From Glycera tridactyla (lineage: Eukaryota), in the NCBI GenBank assembly GCA_965644265.1, contig OZ286473.1, forward strand, positions 64,666,001 through 64,730,000: a DNA stretch of 64,000 nucleotides, in the 5' to 3' direction. The first letter of the stretch is position 1. Each line of letters opens with the position of its first letter. The notes beneath the pieces were generated by a model that saw only the letters and a list, made by a program, of their open reading frames with translations, was not told where the DNA came from and did no database searches. The translations under genes were made by a program, and so were the position numbers. This document shows positions 60,500 to 64,000 of this stretch, piece after piece.

Positions 60500-61459
60500 T
60501 ATTTGCGATTCATCTTGATTGATTTATCAATCATGGTTGGTGTTTAGTCAACACTCTGTGAGAGATTCGGTGCACTGAGGATGGTGACTGACATGGGGTT
60601 AGAAATGGGAAATGGCAAGGTTATCTGTGAAATTAAATTTTCACCATATACTGGAGTGTGAAAGATATACAAATATATTTGAGGAAAATGATGACTAGAG
60701 AATGTTTGTTCCAGTTAATAACGAGTTCTGTCGTGTTTGAAGTGAAAAGCGATAGAACAAAACTAATTTTGAATAACAGTATAACAAAAACTTTATTTAT
60801 AAAAGCGAATAGCAGAATACATACCTGTCAACAAAGGATTTTTAAGCAAAGAAATGTGAAATGTTAGGCCAGAGGCCTGCTCTTACCCTGCCACCTGTGA
60901 TCGTAGTATATCTTGGTTCAGTCATGTAATATGGAATTGTTCATTCAGTATCCACTAAAAAAGCTAGCACCAGGTGTTATTGAGAAAATGGTGATAAATT
61001 CATTGCAATCAAATCATGGATCTGTTAATATTGTTATGATTGTTCATAGAGTATTCAAGACTGTTTCTGATATTTTCTTTGAGAGCATGTCACATAATTT
61101 TCTCTGAGAGAATCGCTCTAATACTAATACAGAACCATCATCTTTTACATTTGGTGGCCAACCAGCTCAATGCAGGGATTGTGATCGACCGCGGCCTCGC
61201 GCCATTGTCGCATCAAACGAACGAAACCCGCGTGTTTTCTGCAGCGTGCGCCCGCCTGGGCGCATGAAAAACGCACAATCTGGCATGAAAATATCTAAAA
61301 CTCAATGAAACCGGCGAAAATCCGGACCAAATCGGTCAATTTGGTGATATTTCGCGGTTAAAATAGATCTTTATTCCTCTTCATCTTCAAAAATTTCAAG
61401 ATGGTGCCCAAATCCCGCGCGAACTCTCGCGATCGCGAGAGTATGACGAGATTTCGGCC

Positions 61460-61546
61460 AGTCTAGTTCACGGACCATCCGTTAGATGTCGAATTTTGTC
61501 GGTGCGCCACACACCGCCATCTGACGGCTCGTACAGGAACCAGACT
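61460..61546. mobile_element. Small CAGTCT...AGACTG MITE within a CpG-rich repeat remnant (~61170-61870)
   Basis: CAGTCTAGTTC...GGAACCAGACTG ends. Confidence 0.4.
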
Positions 61547-62029
61547 GATGAGGCACGTGATCAGTCCAAAATGGCGGGATGCTCTCGAATGCTTATACCT
61601 GCTGTGTTTTCATCACGTTTATGGCGAAAATATCGGGATTTCCTCAATAACGCTCACGAATTATGCAAATAGGATCACTTTTCGCGCATTTTGTGCTATC
61701 TATTGACACCCGGCTGTATTTTTAGCGTTTCGAGAGCGTTTCGAGAGCGGGAATCGTGGAAAACATCGTTCAAATGTAAGTGATTTGGGCACATAGAATC
61801 GCTGACAGGCGCATCAAACGTCACCTGGTGCGGCCGTGGGCGCACAATTTTTTTTTCCAAAATCATCTCTGTCAATGACTGGTCCCAGGGGCCTCAGGAC
61901 CTCACAATCTCCTTATCTTGTCTATGCCAATTAAAAAGCGCTGACACCTTAGCGATGTTCACTCGGACTTCTGTCCCTCGGGACAGGGGACACCAGTTTC
62001 AAATGCCTGTTATTAAGTCATGCCTCAAT

Positions 62030-62960
62030 CAGGCTTCCCACGGGCCCGGGAAACCGGGAATCGCCCGGGAACACGATTTTCACGGCAATCGCCCAGGAAT
62101 CGCCCGGAAATTACATATCTGCCCGGGAAAATCAATAAAATTCCGTGAAATTTTGCGAGTTTCCTCGCACCTTGACTTCGCTCATACGAAACATCAACAC
62201 AGATGCTTTTACACAAACATTCGAGCAACGGCTGGTTTCTTGTTACAACCCCGGGATAATTGAAGTACAATAAAGAATGTCTCGAGGGGGTGAACACGAA
62301 CAAAGATGGCTGTATATTTCCATTAGATTGTTTGATAATCCTCGCGTTAATTGTGATCAGTAGGCTGGTAATCAGATTCAACTAGCCTCCATGACAGATG
62401 CTTTTATTTCCTATATATATTCATGTAGAAACGTATGGCAAGCGCTCAACCGGCGATTGTCTGAGAAGGCAAGAATCCGCGCGTCTAGAAATAGCATCGA
62501 ATCGGGCATAAATCATGTTAATTAGCGGGGTTTCCCTTCTCGCGCATGTTGTGCGATTTCATCACGTTCATCGTTGATTTATCAGGATTTTCTCGAAAAT
62601 AATCATCATTTATGGGAATAAATTTGATATTGGTGCAATTGATACAATCTTTTAGTGGTCAGCTGTGTTTTGTGCGTTCCGATATCGATCATGATTTGTG
62701 AATGATAACGTTGTGAAAATGGATCTTGCTGACAGCTAGGCATCAACCAGCTCAAGAATAACACATGCTCACCAGTGTCACAGCTCAGTCAGCTGTGAGC
62801 ACATCAGTCACCACTTGTAATCTTGTCAAAGTTGCATATTATATTTGGTACATCCATGTTATTCGCGCGCTAAAGTACCCGTGAATCAGCCCAGGAAAAT
62901 TGCCCATTTAGCCCAGGAAAAGCCCAGGAATGTGGTTTTGGAGAAAGAGTGGGAACCCTG
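62030..62960. mobile_element. hAT-like non-autonomous element with 6-bp TSD (different family)
   Basis: CAGGCTTCCCAC...GTGGGAACCCTG; CTCAAT on both sides; GCCC(G/A)GGAA subterminal repeats at both ends. Confidence 0.75.
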
Positions 62961-63458
62961 CTCAATATCATGAATAAAAGGCCAGTTGCATCACAAGGGT
63001 AAATGCTATATAGTTTACAGGTGGTCAGAACTCTCCTCACTGAGGTGAAAAATCTACATCCCCAGTTGCGTATCCAAGAGCGAGATGGAATTGGCCCTTG
63101 CTAGTCATGGAGTCCCTTCTGTATATGGAACCTCTTTGGAGATTTGAAGGGTGTTATTCATTCATACGGTATTAGTCATGACTGGATGTGATCTCCCCCC
63201 CCCCCCCCCCCCCCAGTCAAGTGCATGTGGTTGACCAGTATGTTATCTGTGCGTCCTGTCTGTGCACATTGCATACCATCATATATGTTATTATCTATGC
63301 ATGCCACATACCAAAGACATGCTTGAAATACACATACCATACATAAACGTCAGGATTTAGCAAACACCAGAGGTAGAAGAGATACCTGTCCACCTGCCTG
63401 GGCAGTTAGATTTTTCCTGCCGGGCAGTGGACTACTGACCATAAAGTCTAGGCATATA

Positions 63459-63636
63459 CAGTCGAACCTCCTCTAAAGACCACCTCTCTATAAAGACCAC
63501 CTCCCTATAAAGACCACCCTGATCTGCGACCATGGTAGTAATTTCAACAGTAAATATCCTCCCTATGAAGACCACCTCCCTTTAAAGACCACTTTTTGAT
63601 GCGACCGAAGGCGGTCTTTATAGAGAGGTTCGACTG
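63459..63636. mobile_element. CAGT-type MITE (178 bp), inverted relative to 29484
   Basis: TA|CAGTCGAACCTC...GAGGTTCGACTG|TA. Confidence 0.8.
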
Positions 63637-64000
63637 TATAGCCAAACGTAAAGACCAACCGGGTTCACATAAAAAGTGGTCTTTGTAGACAGGTGACCTT
63701 CGTAGAGAGGTCGTTTATGGTAGACAACACTGTCAAAGTCAATGCTGAAGGTGGCCATTGTATGCAGGTGGTCTTTGTTTTGAGGTGGTCTCTTGACCAG
63801 GTTCGACTACATAACCAGGGCAGTTTGGTTCTCCTGGTGGGTGGGTCAACTCTCTTAATGTATTCTCACTCTGTTTTGTTCATCATGTTCATTTTAGACT
63901 GGTACAGGTGTGTTTGAACTATGAGTAACTTACACTTGACAACCTGTCGTGTTCCCCATCTTCGTGTTGAGCAACACACAGCATGCTTGATCTCTCAGTT

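Overview
Repeat-rich animal genomic DNA, probably from a marine invertebrate (lophotrochozoan-like; inferred from the repeat families and protein style). It is not prokaryotic and has no CRISPR array or rRNA. (1) 1-8984 (+): a near-intact L2/CR1-group LINE with three ORFs: ORF1 (coiled coil plus RRM/CTD-like region), a stand-alone SGNH/GDSL esterase ORF, and APE-RT ORF2. The esterase and ORF2 each carry a single in-frame stop, and the element ends in a stem-loop and (CTTAT)4 tail. (2) 9-16 kb: SINEs and a decayed CR1-type RT. (3) 17210-33537 (-): a hand-built, phase-consistent gene of at least 11 exons (638 aa) encoding an N-terminal THAP zinc finger, a ~65-aa unnamed module, an AT-hook and a Q/P-rich tail. 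The ORF track shows it only as fragments, and one more exon probably lies in an assembly gap. Its introns hold a 2.6-kb Helentron/HINE-like element with tandem arrays, a tRNA-derived SINE and nested MITEs. (4) 44972-45073 (+): first coding exon of an insulin receptor substrate (IRS/chico-like) gene, with forkhead and E-box motifs nearby. Its first intron apparently runs past the window end and is filled with MITEs and decayed elements. Splice models, repeat boundaries and family assignments were made by eye; no database search was run.
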